From: a virus
Direction: 5' to 3' (one strand)
Length of the DNA stretch: 64,000 nucleotides
IMG/VR virus record: IMGVR_UViG_3300025941_000015
Location: 1 to 64,000 of that record
Shown: in pieces, positions 11,401-20,464 of the stretch
Layout: every line of letters starts with the position of its first letter
How positions within the stretch are numbered: position 1 is the stretch's first letter
Translations under genes and position numbers: made by a program
The notes under the pieces: generated by a model
The model's input: only the letters and a program-made list of their open reading frames with translations
The model's database searches: none
Told to the model about the DNA's origin: nothing

Positions 11401-13520
11401 CCCCTCCTCCCGGCCTCAACGCCGTCTCCTACGACGTCACCGGTCTTGCTGAGGACGTTCACTACTGGTTCCGGGTGACCGCTGTGAACTCTGTCTCGAA
11501 CCCCGTGGTGGAGAACAGGAACTGGGGCTACGTCGACCTGTTCACTCAGAACCTGACTCCCCCCGTCCCAGCCGGTGTGGCTATCTCCGCCAATCCGCCC
11601 ATCTCCCCAACGACGTTCCGACTGTCGTGGTCTCAGCCTGCGGGGTGGGTCGACCCTGGAGCGGCGGGCGCCCGATACGAAGTTGCAATCACCGGCACGA
11701 CCCCGCTTGGCCTCGTCCCGGCAGGCAATGTTGTCGGCACCACCGGGTTCTACGACTTCACCGGCCTCGTCGAGGTGACCGCCTACCAGCCCAAGGTTCG
11801 GTCGGTGGATCGCAGCGGCCTGCGCTCTGACTGGGTGTCGGTCAACGCCTCGACGACCAACGCTCCTCCGCCCGTGCCGGGTGCCATCTCCATCACCACG
11901 AACTCGACGACGGCTCCGCAGGTGACCGGGACATGGTCGAAGTACGCCGGGACCATCCCCGACTTCGCCTACTACGAGGTGCAGCTCCTGACCGGCACGA
12001 CCGTGCTCGCCACCACGAACACTACTGCTCTGACATGGACAGCGCCCGAGACGTCCTTCGGCACAGCAGTCACGATGAAGGTCCGCACGGTGGACGTGAC
12101 CGGAGGGGCTGGCGGGGTGAGCGCCTTCGTCCAGTCTGCTGCGGTCACGACGAAGGCTGCTGTCACCGTCACCCCCACCTCCACCGGAGGTAGCCCGAAC
12201 GACCAGATGACCATCACGTGGCCGACGGTCACGGGTCTCGACTTCTTCTCTGGCTACGAGGTCATCCTCTATCGTGCGGGTGCCGTAGCCGAGGTGGCTG
12301 ACGTTGCCGCCAACGTCACGTCGAGGAGTTGGAGCAACCTCTCGTGGGGTGTCTCGTACACCGCCACGGTGCGCGTCAAGAGGTCTGCAGGCACGGCACC
12401 CGCCGCTGGTCCGCAGGCCACAGCGAGAGTCATGCTCGTCGACCCGCGGCCCAGCATCAATGCGGGGGGCTCGGGCCAGACCGTCAGTGGAACCGTCTAC
12501 GCACCCACGATGCCTTCGACAGGCTCCCCCAACATGGCTGTTGAACTCTGGTACCGAGGTGGCAACCATATTGCGACGCAGTACCTCGGAGCGGGCACAG
12601 CGAACTATGCCTGGGGTGGTCTTCCATGGGGCACCGGCTACTCGACGCGAGCCATCACCACCAGAGCCGACGGGTACCAGTGGGGCTCGTGGTCGGACTG
12701 GGCGCAGGCCGACACCGGTCCGGTCCCCGACACGACGCCACCGGCTCTGCCGACCGGCCTCAATTGCAACGTGGCGAACGCTTACGGGCAGTGGTATGCG
12801 TGGCTGAACTGGCCGGGTGACGCTGCCGGGTGTCACATCGACAGGCTCTGGAGTGGAGAGGGGTACTGGGTCAACATCTATGCCGGGGGGCCAGCGAGTG
12901 GGGTCTATCTCGGTACGGGTTCCGCCGGTCAGAGCATGCAGTTCCGCGCTCGATCGCACGACGCCGCAGGCAACTGGTCCGGCTACCAATACTCGAACAC
13001 CTACACACTGACTGCGTCGCCCACCGCGGTCGCCTGCATCAACACCGACTGCTGGCGCCCGACCAACGGCGGTGAGTACTTCTTTGATGGTACGAAGCGC
13101 CCGATCCAGGGCTACTACACCAACCCATCATGGAATGCCGTCGGCATGTGGTACTACGGCGACAACATCCGCAACGCTTGTGTGGGTAAGCAAGTGACGG
13201 GCATCCGTGTGCTCATTATCAGGTACAACGGTGGAGGCAACAGCGGTGCTGAGACCATCAACCTGCTGTTGCACAACGACGCTTACGATCCGGGTCGAGT
13301 TACCGGCTGGGGGTCTCCGAACGGTTACTCCGCCTGGGTAGCGGGCGGCTTGGGGTGGGGCCAGAACTTGTGGTCGTGGATCCCCGACTACGGTGCCTTC
13401 TTCAACGGAGGTGCCAGGGGCATCTGCACGTACACAGGTGGCGGCAAGCCTTACGTGATCTATGAATCGGTGGATGCGAACGGATATCAGGGACTAGTAG
13501 AGGTGTACCACTATGGCTAA
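8400..13520 (+). CDS. baseplate spike OB-fold fused to long tail fibre with FN3 repeats and C-terminal receptor-binding domain
   Basis: N-terminal GERVLVFFDGGD..YW; short collagen stretch; DPHxQY and NADLLDG repeats; several FN3-like repeats. Confidence 0.8.
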   Translation: MNGDSNLYIARVLSFDPTTKDTQLLIPQLQGTSPIGAQAYINRYEELAEIPDLIAGERVLVFFDGGDTNSQAYWMVVYAGIEGPPGPPGPAGEQGAGGGEIGDHVNQPDPHTQYQLESAMVDYYTKIEAEAAFISPAEQTALLGDYYNKTEVDNTFLNYLSKAGGTMSGYITLHASPTLPTHPATKIYVDNHINSADPHPSIQIALGGQTTGNYVASIQGTLNQVNVSGSGSETAAVTLSLPQSIDTGATPTFKSLTLTQAPGLPPFTISSNTRVPNLNASQLEGKDSNFLLAWENFINKPDPTVTVSVTGALTGSGSTVWTDMAGNLVVTVPTTLSTGSGSGLNADLLDGLDATYFLNSGNQNAGTLPAARLSGAYTINVTGALTGNASTATTLQTSRNIAGKPFNGSADVTLSSLTAGTGITPAGSYNGSAAVTINVDSTSLNTASKIVARDASGGFAAGAITATGLSSPAITLSLADGGAAPMTVTSRVKVTNLNADLLDGNDSVYFAKQAEIEALLGDLMYVGLYNAAGYNQVTGVPKPAPIWSGGSTTYRHGMYWVASSVGTLNFVDSDLSGRYDVDDDTVTVANGDWIVAIKNPIYGPPTTGQDLTLAQVIFQFIPFSAEAFVNLKITEHANQTDPHPLAGYLKKVATDSWYALIDHEHDEEIAEYIVQHTERTVYDIIEFSAVAPTGGAEFGTLTLKLATAEHNFYRGSGVSISFPINTYPVYNGMATVQTVAGSTITVNTKGPTRATTPGPIVGSTFAAKLTAEPHPDYLLITTAEQVYSKADHNHAIEIAAAVALHATPNTDPHPEYFNTSRADLRFEKLGEVNKHIGDQTAHSNLYYTKAQSDSKYSPSAMLADHLVHPDPHPQYLLQDEADALFSNEGHNHNDLYYGKTQVVDLIAAATPKNILATDGASSARIFLGNITPADPRPGDLWVQSDNVSLQPPVPPVALTGIALSDTSIRLTWNAWPASTTVQSVTVQMSPTGAVGSYVTLTPPPGLNAVSYDVTGLAEDVHYWFRVTAVNSVSNPVVENRNWGYVDLFTQNLTPPVPAGVAISANPPISPTTFRLSWSQPAGWVDPGAAGARYEVAITGTTPLGLVPAGNVVGTTGFYDFTGLVEVTAYQPKVRSVDRSGLRSDWVSVNASTTNAPPPVPGAISITTNSTTAPQVTGTWSKYAGTIPDFAYYEVQLLTGTTVLATTNTTALTWTAPETSFGTAVTMKVRTVDVTGGAGGVSAFVQSAAVTTKAAVTVTPTSTGGSPNDQMTITWPTVTGLDFFSGYEVILYRAGAVAEVADVAANVTSRSWSNLSWGVSYTATVRVKRSAGTAPAAGPQATARVMLVDPRPSINAGGSGQTVSGTVYAPTMPSTGSPNMAVELWYRGGNHIATQYLGAGTANYAWGGLPWGTGYSTRAITTRADGYQWGSWSDWAQADTGPVPDTTPPALPTGLNCNVANAYGQWYAWLNWPGDAAGCHIDRLWSGEGYWVNIYAGGPASGVYLGTGSAGQSMQFRARSHDAAGNWSGYQYSNTYTLTASPTAVACINTDCWRPTNGGEYFFDGTKRPIQGYYTNPSWNAVGMWYYGDNIRNACVGKQVTGIRVLIIRYNGGGNSGAETINLLLHNDAYDPGRVTGWGSPNGYSAWVAGGLGWGQNLWSWIPDYGAFFNGGARGICTYTGGGKPYVIYESVDANGYQGLVEVYHYG

Positions 13521-15363
13521 TCAGAAGATCTTGAGGTACGGCACCGCCGGTCAGTGGATGATCGTGATGGACGGCGATCGCGGGATCGCACCGGGCGGCT
13601 TCAACAGACAGATCCTCACCAAGGTGAGCGGCACTGACTACGACGCTCAGTGGCGCGACCCTGCTGGCTTCACCTTCACACAGGGTGCAGCACCGACGCT
13701 CGGGCTCGACGGGACATCGGCTCTCGTCACTGGGCAGACGTGGTTCGACACAACGACCGGCAACGGCTACGTCCGAGTCGCCACTTCGTGGGTGCAGTTC
13801 GCCTGGGGAGACTCCGAATCCCGGTACGTGAACGCCGTCGGCGACACGATGAACGGGCAACTCGTCATCAACGGTGGCGGCGGCGAGACACTGGAGCTGA
13901 AGCCCGGCACCTCCGACCACGTCTACATCGAGTTCTTCGCTCGCACCGCCACCCCGGCGTCCCGGTCGGGGTACTTCGGGTATCCCGCTGCTGGCACCAA
14001 CAACCTCACGCTCGCCAACTCACTGCCCGGTGACATCGTGCTGAGCCCGAGCACCGGGCGCGTGCAGGTCAACGCCGATCCGACAGCAGCGTTGCACGTC
14101 GCCACGAAGCAGTACGTCGACGCTACTGATGTGCTGAAGCTCACCAAGTCTGGTGACACCATGTCCGGCATTCTCACGATGAATGCCAACATCAACATGG
14201 GTACGGGTCGGAAGATCGACTTCACCGACGAACTGGGCATGAAGGTCGACCTGTACGGCGGCTCGTACTGGCTCGGCATCGCGAGCGGAACCCTGCAGTA
14301 CGCCTCGGGCGGCGTCCACCAGTTCTATGGGCAGGTCAACGTGGACAGCCACTTCTCGGCCGCAGGATCGGTGTACGCCAACAGCGGCCGCGTGCGCATG
14401 GGAGCCTGGCAGTCTGCGCCGTACGCAGCCGGGTGGGGTGGGTTGGTGGGAAGCCGTGGCTACATCCTCATCGACTACTCCGACGGCAGCGGCGGCAACA
14501 TGCACGTGCGCGGCAACAACAACCTGTACGTCGGCGGCGGCAGCGCCGATGACATCTACTTCACTGGCACGGGGATCAGAAGCGTCAACCCCCACTATCA
14601 CAGTTCAGCCATATATGGGGATTCTTCCTGCGTCATCGCAGGCGACGGTTCGTTCGGTGGCAAGACAGGCATCGGTAGCTGGGCCAGTGACGGTAACTAC
14701 TGCTGCGTCTGGGGTCACTACGGCTACCACCTGATGGGCAAGGGAGGTGTAGATGGAGCGGTCCACACCAGAGGTAACAACGCCGGGTGGAACCACTACA
14801 TCGGAGCGGGTTCGTACATCCAGTTGGAGCAGTGGACGATTGCGGCCCTGGGTGGTGGCTCGGGCGGCACCGTTGTGCAGAAGCTCGATGGTGTTCTTGC
14901 GAACGCTGCGTCCCGCCGCATCTTGAAGGAGCAGATCGAGCCGCTGCCGGAGAAGGTCGATGCCGGTGCTGTCATCGACGCTCTGGAGCCAGTGACGTTC
15001 ATCTGGCGGAAGAGGGATGACGTAATGAGTCAGTTCTATGCGATGCAACGGTCGCACATGGATCAGCCTCATGACGGAGAGTACGGCCCGATCTGTATAC
15101 CCGAAGAGGTGGCTGCGGCTGTGCCCTACTACGACGACGACGCCGCAGAGGTGTGGCGTAAGGCCGACCTACGTATCGGTCTCATCGCCGACGACGTTGC
15201 TGTTGTGCGCCCCGAGTTGGCGAACTGGGAGTGGGAGAAGGACGCTGACGGGAAGAACACAGATGAACTGATTCCAGGCAGTTGGAACGAACAGGCGATG
15301 ATCTCTGTGCTGATCCAGGGAGTGAAGGATCTCCGAGCCAGGGTCGCAGCGTTGGAGGCTTGA
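13513..15363 (+). CDS. tail fibre with C-terminal S74 intramolecular chaperone
   Basis: GDTM repeats, ATKQYVD, SRRILKEQIEPL, IGLIADDV..PEL, terminal coiled coil. Confidence 0.88.
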   Translation: MANQKILRYGTAGQWMIVMDGDRGIAPGGFNRQILTKVSGTDYDAQWRDPAGFTFTQGAAPTLGLDGTSALVTGQTWFDTTTGNGYVRVATSWVQFAWGDSESRYVNAVGDTMNGQLVINGGGGETLELKPGTSDHVYIEFFARTATPASRSGYFGYPAAGTNNLTLANSLPGDIVLSPSTGRVQVNADPTAALHVATKQYVDATDVLKLTKSGDTMSGILTMNANINMGTGRKIDFTDELGMKVDLYGGSYWLGIASGTLQYASGGVHQFYGQVNVDSHFSAAGSVYANSGRVRMGAWQSAPYAAGWGGLVGSRGYILIDYSDGSGGNMHVRGNNNLYVGGGSADDIYFTGTGIRSVNPHYHSSAIYGDSSCVIAGDGSFGGKTGIGSWASDGNYCCVWGHYGYHLMGKGGVDGAVHTRGNNAGWNHYIGAGSYIQLEQWTIAALGGGSGGTVVQKLDGVLANAASRRILKEQIEPLPEKVDAGAVIDALEPVTFIWRKRDDVMSQFYAMQRSHMDQPHDGEYGPICIPEEVAAAVPYYDDDAAEVWRKADLRIGLIADDVAVVRPELANWEWEKDADGKNTDELIPGSWNEQAMISVLIQGVKDLRARVAALEA

Positions 15364-15401
15364 CGTCACTCGAAGTGAAGTGAGTACGATCGCACACACC
15401 T

Positions 15402-15677
15402 ATGGAACCCACCACACCACCACTACCACCACAGCCGCCCGCCACCAACGGCATCAACGGGGCGTCCCCCGAAGAGATGATGAAGGTGCTCATCCGACAG
15501 CACCGGGTCATCAACAGCCTCAAGGAACAGCTCGCCAATGTGCTGCTCGGTCTCGCCGAGACGCAGGCCACGGTGGATGAGCTGCGCGAGGATCTCGGTG
15601 CCGCTCAGACAGAGCTGGAGATGAACCAGTTGTCGTCGACGTCGCCAGCGCCGGGGCGCCCTCTGCCTGCCGAGTAG
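15402..15677 (+). CDS. small coiled-coil protein (possible fibre chaperone)
   Basis: Heptad-like helix directly downstream of the fibre. Confidence 0.6.
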   Translation: MEPTTPPLPPQPPATNGINGASPEEMMKVLIRQHRVINSLKEQLANVLLGLAETQATVDELREDLGAAQTELEMNQLSSTSPAPGRPLPAE

Positions 15678-15700
15678 CGTTGGGGGGAACCCCCGCTACT
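15673..15700 (+). terminator. stem-loop, putative terminator
   Basis: AGTAGCG..GGGG-GGAA-CCCC..CGCTACT at the stop of 15402-15677. Confidence 0.5.
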
Positions 15701-15713
15701 GAGAGGTGAGCGC

Positions 15714-15842
15714 GTGACTGCAGAGATCCCAGGCGACGACGTCCCCGAGATCGGTGATGATCTGAGCGACCGCCGGGAGTGGCTCGATCACCCCGACCAC
15801 GTCGACATCGAGGCCCTCTTCCCCGACGAGGAGCCAGCATGA
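15714..15842 (+). CDS. small acidic hypothetical protein (42 aa)
   Basis: GTG after GAGGTG RBS; ATGA overlap with the endolysin start. Confidence 0.55.
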   Translation: MTAEIPGDDVPEIGDDLSDRREWLDHPDHVDIEALFPDEEPA

Positions 15843-16660
15843 GCGTGGCGCCTGACGTCCCCATCTTCCCGTACGGCTACTCGCGACCGTACGACGGCGG
15901 CCCGCAGGGCATGGGCGTCATGCTCACGTGGGAGGAGATGCTGATCAAGAAGACCGTCAACCACCTCCATCCCGAGGTGCAGCGACGGCTCCATGCGCTC
16001 ATCCACACGGCATACGAACTGGGCATCCCGCTCGGTGTCGGGACTGGTTGGCGAGTTCAGCCAGACCCGCCACCGGCCGGGTTCGCCAAGCCGGGCAACT
16101 CGTGGCACGAGTCGTGCCCGACCAACCCGCAGAGCCGGACGGCCCTGGCCATCGACATGGTGCCGAACGTGTCGTGGAACTGGATGGAGGAGCACTGCGG
16201 GAGCTTCGGCTTCCGCACGTTCCGCAACGTGAACAGGGAGCCGTGGCACATCCAGCCGACGGAGATCAGTGCGTCGCGCCGGTACGCCACATCACTCCCC
16301 GCTCTGTACACCTGGGATCTGCCGGACCTCCCCAACGTCACGCCACCACCTCCCGTGGAGCCGCCACCCGTCGTCGTCGTCACACCACCATCAACAGGAG
16401 TGTTCACCGTGCAGGGATACCGCAAGACCGTCAAGCAGGGCAGCAACGGCAAGATGGCCAAGATGTGCCAGCAGCAGATCAACCTGCTCTCGGGTCAGGG
16501 TGTGGTCGAGGACGGCGACTTCGGCCCGCAGTCCGTCAATGCGTTGAAGAACATCCAGTCCCTCTTCGGGCTCACGGCTGACGGCATCTGCGGCGCCCAG
16601 ACGTGGCAGGCACTGGAGAACGGCATCAAGGCGCAGGCCGACTCAGGGGACTGGGACTGA
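15839..16660 (+). CDS. endolysin: M15 peptidase + peptidoglycan-binding domain
   Basis: GTGWR, PGNSWHE, AID, EPWH; Pro-rich linker; DGDFGPQS and LTADGICGAQTW. Confidence 0.9.
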   Translation: MSVAPDVPIFPYGYSRPYDGGPQGMGVMLTWEEMLIKKTVNHLHPEVQRRLHALIHTAYELGIPLGVGTGWRVQPDPPPAGFAKPGNSWHESCPTNPQSRTALAIDMVPNVSWNWMEEHCGSFGFRTFRNVNREPWHIQPTEISASRRYATSLPALYTWDLPDLPNVTPPPPVEPPPVVVVTPPSTGVFTVQGYRKTVKQGSNGKMAKMCQQQINLLSGQGVVEDGDFGPQSVNALKNIQSLFGLTADGICGAQTWQALENGIKAQADSGDWD

Positions 16661-16926
16661 TGACCGACACCACGCCTGTCAAGCGCCCGGTGAGGGCGCT
16701 GTGGGAGCGCGAGCCGGTGCGAGTGGTGAACGCTGTGTTCACTCTCGTGGCCGCCATCAACGCAGTGCTCCTCGGAGCTGGTGTATACGATGGTGCAGTA
16801 GCGGGCATCATCACTGGGGTAATTGCTGCCTTGGCGGCGTTCGTCAACGAGCTGTTCACCCGAGCAGAGGTCGTGCCCCTCAAGCCGCTGAACGATCTTG
16901 CTGCAGCGGAAGGACCGCCGGTATGA
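16660..16926 (+). CDS. holin-like membrane protein
   Basis: REPV motif, two TM segments, R..V.P end; follows endolysin. Confidence 0.7.
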   Translation: MTDTTPVKRPVRALWEREPVRVVNAVFTLVAAINAVLLGAGVYDGAVAGIITGVIAALAAFVNELFTRAEVVPLKPLNDLAAAEGPPV

Positions 16927-16929
16927 ACG

Positions 16930-17205
16930 ATGTTCAAGGGGCGCTCCGTCATCGAGATCATGGTGTTGTCGTTCACGGTCGTCGTGGGCTTCATCATCGT
17001 CTTCATGGGGGTCACCATTGCCATCGTCAAGATCACGCACCCCGACGTCGACACCGACCGAGCGACCGACGCGCTCTTCTCGGCCATCACCCTCATCCTC
17101 GGCGCTCTGCTCGGGATGCTCACCGTCAAGGGGTCAGCCAGGACCGAGCTGGACAAGCGGCCTGACGAACCCGAACCTCACGACATAACGGAGCGTGTCG
17201 ATTGA
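16930..17205 (+). CDS. two-TM membrane protein (lysis cassette)
   Basis: Two hydrophobic helices and a charged C-tail. Confidence 0.7.
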   Translation: MFKGRSVIEIMVLSFTVVVGFIIVFMGVTIAIVKITHPDVDTDRATDALFSAITLILGALLGMLTVKGSARTELDKRPDEPEPHDITERVD

Positions 17206-17774
17206 ACCCGCTCATCTTCCTCTCGATCTGCAGCGCCATCTCCGGCTCGATGGTGGGCGCTGCGACGGTCGTCACGGAAGATGAAGCCACAGCACCAACC
17301 ACCACGATCAGCACCCCGTCGACAACCGTTGAGGTCGTGACGATCGTCGGACCAGCAGGCCCTCCGGGGCAACCCGGCCCCGCCGGAGAGAGAGGAGCAG
17401 ATGGATCAACAATCACGGGGCCTGCTGGCCCGCCCGGAGTGGCTGGGCCTGCTGGCCCTGCTGGCCCTGCTGGGAGCCCTGGGCCTGCTGGGAGTCCGGG
17501 TCGCACAGGCGATCAGGGCGTACCGGGAATCGGAATCACAGGACCGCCAGGCCCCGCCGGTCCGCCTGGTGAGTCCATCCAGGGAGAGCCGGGCGCCACG
17601 GGCAGTCAGGGACCGCCTGGAGAGCCAGGGGCTGTGGGACCAGCAGGCAGTGACGGACTACCTGGCCCGATCTGCGCACCCGGCTTTCACATCGAAGTCG
17701 TCTCCGTCCACCAACGGCAACCAGTAGACCAAGACCTGGAGATCCAGGTCTGCAGCGCTGATGTGCAGCCCTGA
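17202..17774 (+). CDS. collagen-like (Gly-X-Y) protein with N-terminal hydrophobic segment
   Basis: Long GPAGPPG repeats; two C-terminal Cys. Confidence 0.8.
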   Translation: MNPLIFLSICSAISGSMVGAATVVTEDEATAPTTTISTPSTTVEVVTIVGPAGPPGQPGPAGERGADGSTITGPAGPPGVAGPAGPAGPAGSPGPAGSPGRTGDQGVPGIGITGPPGPAGPPGESIQGEPGATGSQGPPGEPGAVGPAGSDGLPGPICAPGFHIEVVSVHQRQPVDQDLEIQVCSADVQP

Positions 17775-17793
17775 CGGAGCGTACGATTAGGTC

Positions 17794-18261
17794 ATGCCTG
17801 TTCTCGGACCATTGGTTGTCGGCTCCTACTGGCCTGTCGGAGACGTCTACTCCATGACGCCGAAGTGGCGCGAGAGCCACACCGACACCGACAACACGGC
17901 CCGGCCTCAGGATGAGGTCAACAGGCTGGAGATCGTCTGCGACTACGGGGAGAGCGAGAACTCGTTCTCCATCACGATGGTGGATCTGACCGATCCGAAG
18001 AACCCTGTCCCGCCGTTGGAGATCCCCAACATCTACGCCCGTCTCTCCCGGTCGGAGGGGTGGATCGAGTCGCAGCCGCTCACACCGACGTTCATCACGT
18101 CGGGGGGAGTGTGGACCGGGGAGATCAAGTTCGATGTGACCGGGTTCAAGCAGTGGATCGGCACCTACCGCATCGTGGACATCACGATCGATGCTGAGTT
18201 CCCTTCGGACGCACCCGAGCGGGTCCGGGCTGGCTACGGCACGCTGGTGCTCAGGGACTGA
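17794..18261 (+). CDS. hypothetical protein (possibly virion-associated)
   Basis: Codon usage; TACGAT 6 nt before ATG. Confidence 0.7.
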   Translation: MPVLGPLVVGSYWPVGDVYSMTPKWRESHTDTDNTARPQDEVNRLEIVCDYGESENSFSITMVDLTDPKNPVPPLEIPNIYARLSRSEGWIESQPLTPTFITSGGVWTGEIKFDVTGFKQWIGTYRIVDITIDAEFPSDAPERVRAGYGTLVLRD

Positions 18262-18275
18262 ACTACCGTTGGGTC

Positions 18276-18449
18276 ATGAGCACGCGAGTCCTCGGACCAC
18301 AGTGGAAGGTGCCGCAGCCCTCGTACTTCCAGCCGAAGCTCACCCAGGAAGACGACTGGTCGATCATGCAGCGGCAGCAGTACCAGAACCGGCCAGGGCC
18401 GAAGAGGCATCCCGCAGCTCCCAGCAATGAGGTCGACTGGCCCGCATAG
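18276..18449 (+). CDS. small hypothetical protein (57 aa, N-terminal LGPQW)
   Basis: Translated by eye; TACCGT 6 nt before ATG. Confidence 0.55.
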   Translation: MSTRVLGPQWKVPQPSYFQPKLTQEDDWSIMQRQQYQNRPGPKRHPAAPSNEVDWPA

Positions 18450-18524
18450 GCGCAGGCCGGGGCGTCTCGACCCCCAGTAGTAGCGTGGTGCTCGTCACCT
18501 CTCAGCACCTGCGAAAGGGTTGCG

Positions 18525-18848
18525 ATGCCGTTCACTGACTCTGCCCGCAAGCAGTTCCCGTCGATCGTTCCGACGAACCCCACCACACCAACGATCCCGA
18601 TCCACCTGCAGGGCATCGTCGATGCGGTCGAGGCTCGGGTGGTGCTGCGAGCAGCGGACTGGGGCTACGCCAACACCTTCCTTGCTCCCTTCCAAGACGG
18701 GATGATGATCTACGTCGAGGACATCGATGAGCTGCACCTCCGGGTGGCTGGGGTCTTCAAGAAGATCTACCCGACCAACTACACCGGCACTGGCGTCCCT
18801 GCCAGCGCTCTGGGTGCCGACGGGGATCTGTACTTCCAGACCGCATGA
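18525..18848 (+). CDS. minor tail protein
   Basis: GMMIYVED and C-terminal GTGVP..LGADGDLYFQ typical of tail proteins. Confidence 0.75.
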   Translation: MPFTDSARKQFPSIVPTNPTTPTIPIHLQGIVDAVEARVVLRAADWGYANTFLAPFQDGMMIYVEDIDELHLRVAGVFKKIYPTNYTGTGVPASALGADGDLYFQTA

Positions 18849-20464
18849 GCAAGGAACTGCGCGCCGTACGTGAGGGAGCGACCCGCTCCATCGGCGCGCC
18901 GTACACCAAGATCGGTGGCGTCTGGACGCTCGCCACAAAGGTGTACAAGAAGGAGGCAGGGGCCTGGGTGGAGTGGTGGCCGCTTCGGCCCCTGCCCCCT
19001 ACAGACCTCGCACTGACGTTCTCGTACGTGAACGATCGGATCGAGCTGAACCTCACGTGGAAGGGACCGACGACGGGCACGCTGGCGGCGAGCTACGACG
19101 TCACGATCGCCATCCCCGGCAGGGCGACGATCTCCTTCAACACGACGTCATTGACGTATCACCCGGCCTTGGCCTTCCAGGCGTACGCCGGGCAGCCCGC
19201 CACGGCCACCGTCCTGTGTCGGTCCGACGCTGGCAAGCCCGGCTACTCATCGGCCTCGGTGGTCGCTCAGGTGCCACAGCTCCCTCCGCCTCCGGCACCG
19301 ACGAGCGTGGCACTCTCCCTGGCGAACCGCGCTGCGTCGCTGTCGTGGGCACACGTCGGCGGCAACCGGCTGTCGTCCTTCGAGCTGCTCACGTCGTACC
19401 AGTCGAGCACACAGGGCTCTACGGCCGCCTCAGGCGACCGCTCGGCGAACGTGACGTTCTGGTCGACAGCCTCCGTCCCAGGCGATCCTGGCGGCGCTGT
19501 GGGCTCGCTGGTGCGTGCTCTGGGCCCTGGCGGTGTCAGCGACTGGGCGAGCGCCACCGGGGTGACGATCCCCAACATCCCCAACCCTCCCCCGCCGCCC
19601 GTGATCCAGGTGCCGGGCGCTGCGACCGTCACGAACCACCGCTTCTACCTCGGGCAGTTGTACTGCGAGTACTCGTGCTCGAACGCCGACGCCGCCAACG
19701 TGTGGTGGCAGCGCAACGAAGAGGCTTGGGTGTACATGGGATCGTTCGCTCCGAGCCGAGCGTTCGCTGTGCCCGGCTCCGAAGGGTGGGCCCGTGACCA
19801 GATCACCCGGTACCGGATCATCGTGCAGGGGACCAACTCGGGAGGCGCAGGCACGGCCGTCGGCGGTCAGTACTGCATCAAGATCCCGAACCCCTACAAC
19901 ATGTACCCGGTCGACACGATCGCCGTCCGTCACAACGCTCGGTACAACGACGGGCTCATGCGCCAGGGTGGCAGCTACAACGAGTTCGACTACCGGAGCC
20001 CCATCATCCAGTGGAAGAGCTACGCCGTCTACGGTGACCACATCACAACGGCCATGAACCGCAACGGCATCGGCTACGACCTCACGGTGACCCAGGCTCA
20101 GATCCTCCTGCGTCGCAAGGACACGGGCGGCTCGGGCGGGGGCGTGCGCCCCAAGCTCTGGTACCACCGGCACGTCAACCCTGGTGATGTGCCGATGGCC
20201 ATCGTCCCGGCGTTGGAAGCGCCGCACGACCTCGAACCGTTCAACCGCAACGAGGGCAAGTGGCAGAACCTGAACCTGGACTACGCACGGTGGATGGTGT
20301 CGGCCGACCCCAACGCCACTCGGGGCGTGGCCATCTACCACCAGAACTTCGTGCTCAACAAGGCTCTTGGTGAAGTGAGCAACGAGTACCTCATGATGTA
20401 CGGCCACGGGTACGACATCTTCGGTATGCCGTTGTGGACTATCCAGCTCACCCACGACGCATGA
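18845..20464 (+). CDS. minor tail / receptor-binding protein with FN3-like domains
   Basis: PYTKIGGVW..VYKKEAGAW N-terminus; FN3-like repeats; C-terminal domain similar to that of 8400-13520. Confidence 0.8.
   Translation: MSKELRAVREGATRSIGAPYTKIGGVWTLATKVYKKEAGAWVEWWPLRPLPPTDLALTFSYVNDRIELNLTWKGPTTGTLAASYDVTIAIPGRATISFNTTSLTYHPALAFQAYAGQPATATVLCRSDAGKPGYSSASVVAQVPQLPPPPAPTSVALSLANRAASLSWAHVGGNRLSSFELLTSYQSSTQGSTAASGDRSANVTFWSTASVPGDPGGAVGSLVRALGPGGVSDWASATGVTIPNIPNPPPPPVIQVPGAATVTNHRFYLGQLYCEYSCSNADAANVWWQRNEEAWVYMGSFAPSRAFAVPGSEGWARDQITRYRIIVQGTNSGGAGTAVGGQYCIKIPNPYNMYPVDTIAVRHNARYNDGLMRQGGSYNEFDYRSPIIQWKSYAVYGDHITTAMNRNGIGYDLTVTQAQILLRRKDTGGSGGGVRPKLWYHRHVNPGDVPMAIVPALEAPHDLEPFNRNEGKWQNLNLDYARWMVSADPNATRGVAIYHQNFVLNKALGEVSNEYLMMYGHGYDIFGMPLWTIQLTHDA

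Noticed and set aside
8400-20464. Diversity-generating retroelement acting on the fibres
   Set aside because: No reverse transcriptase and no near-identical TR/VR pair seen in the window.
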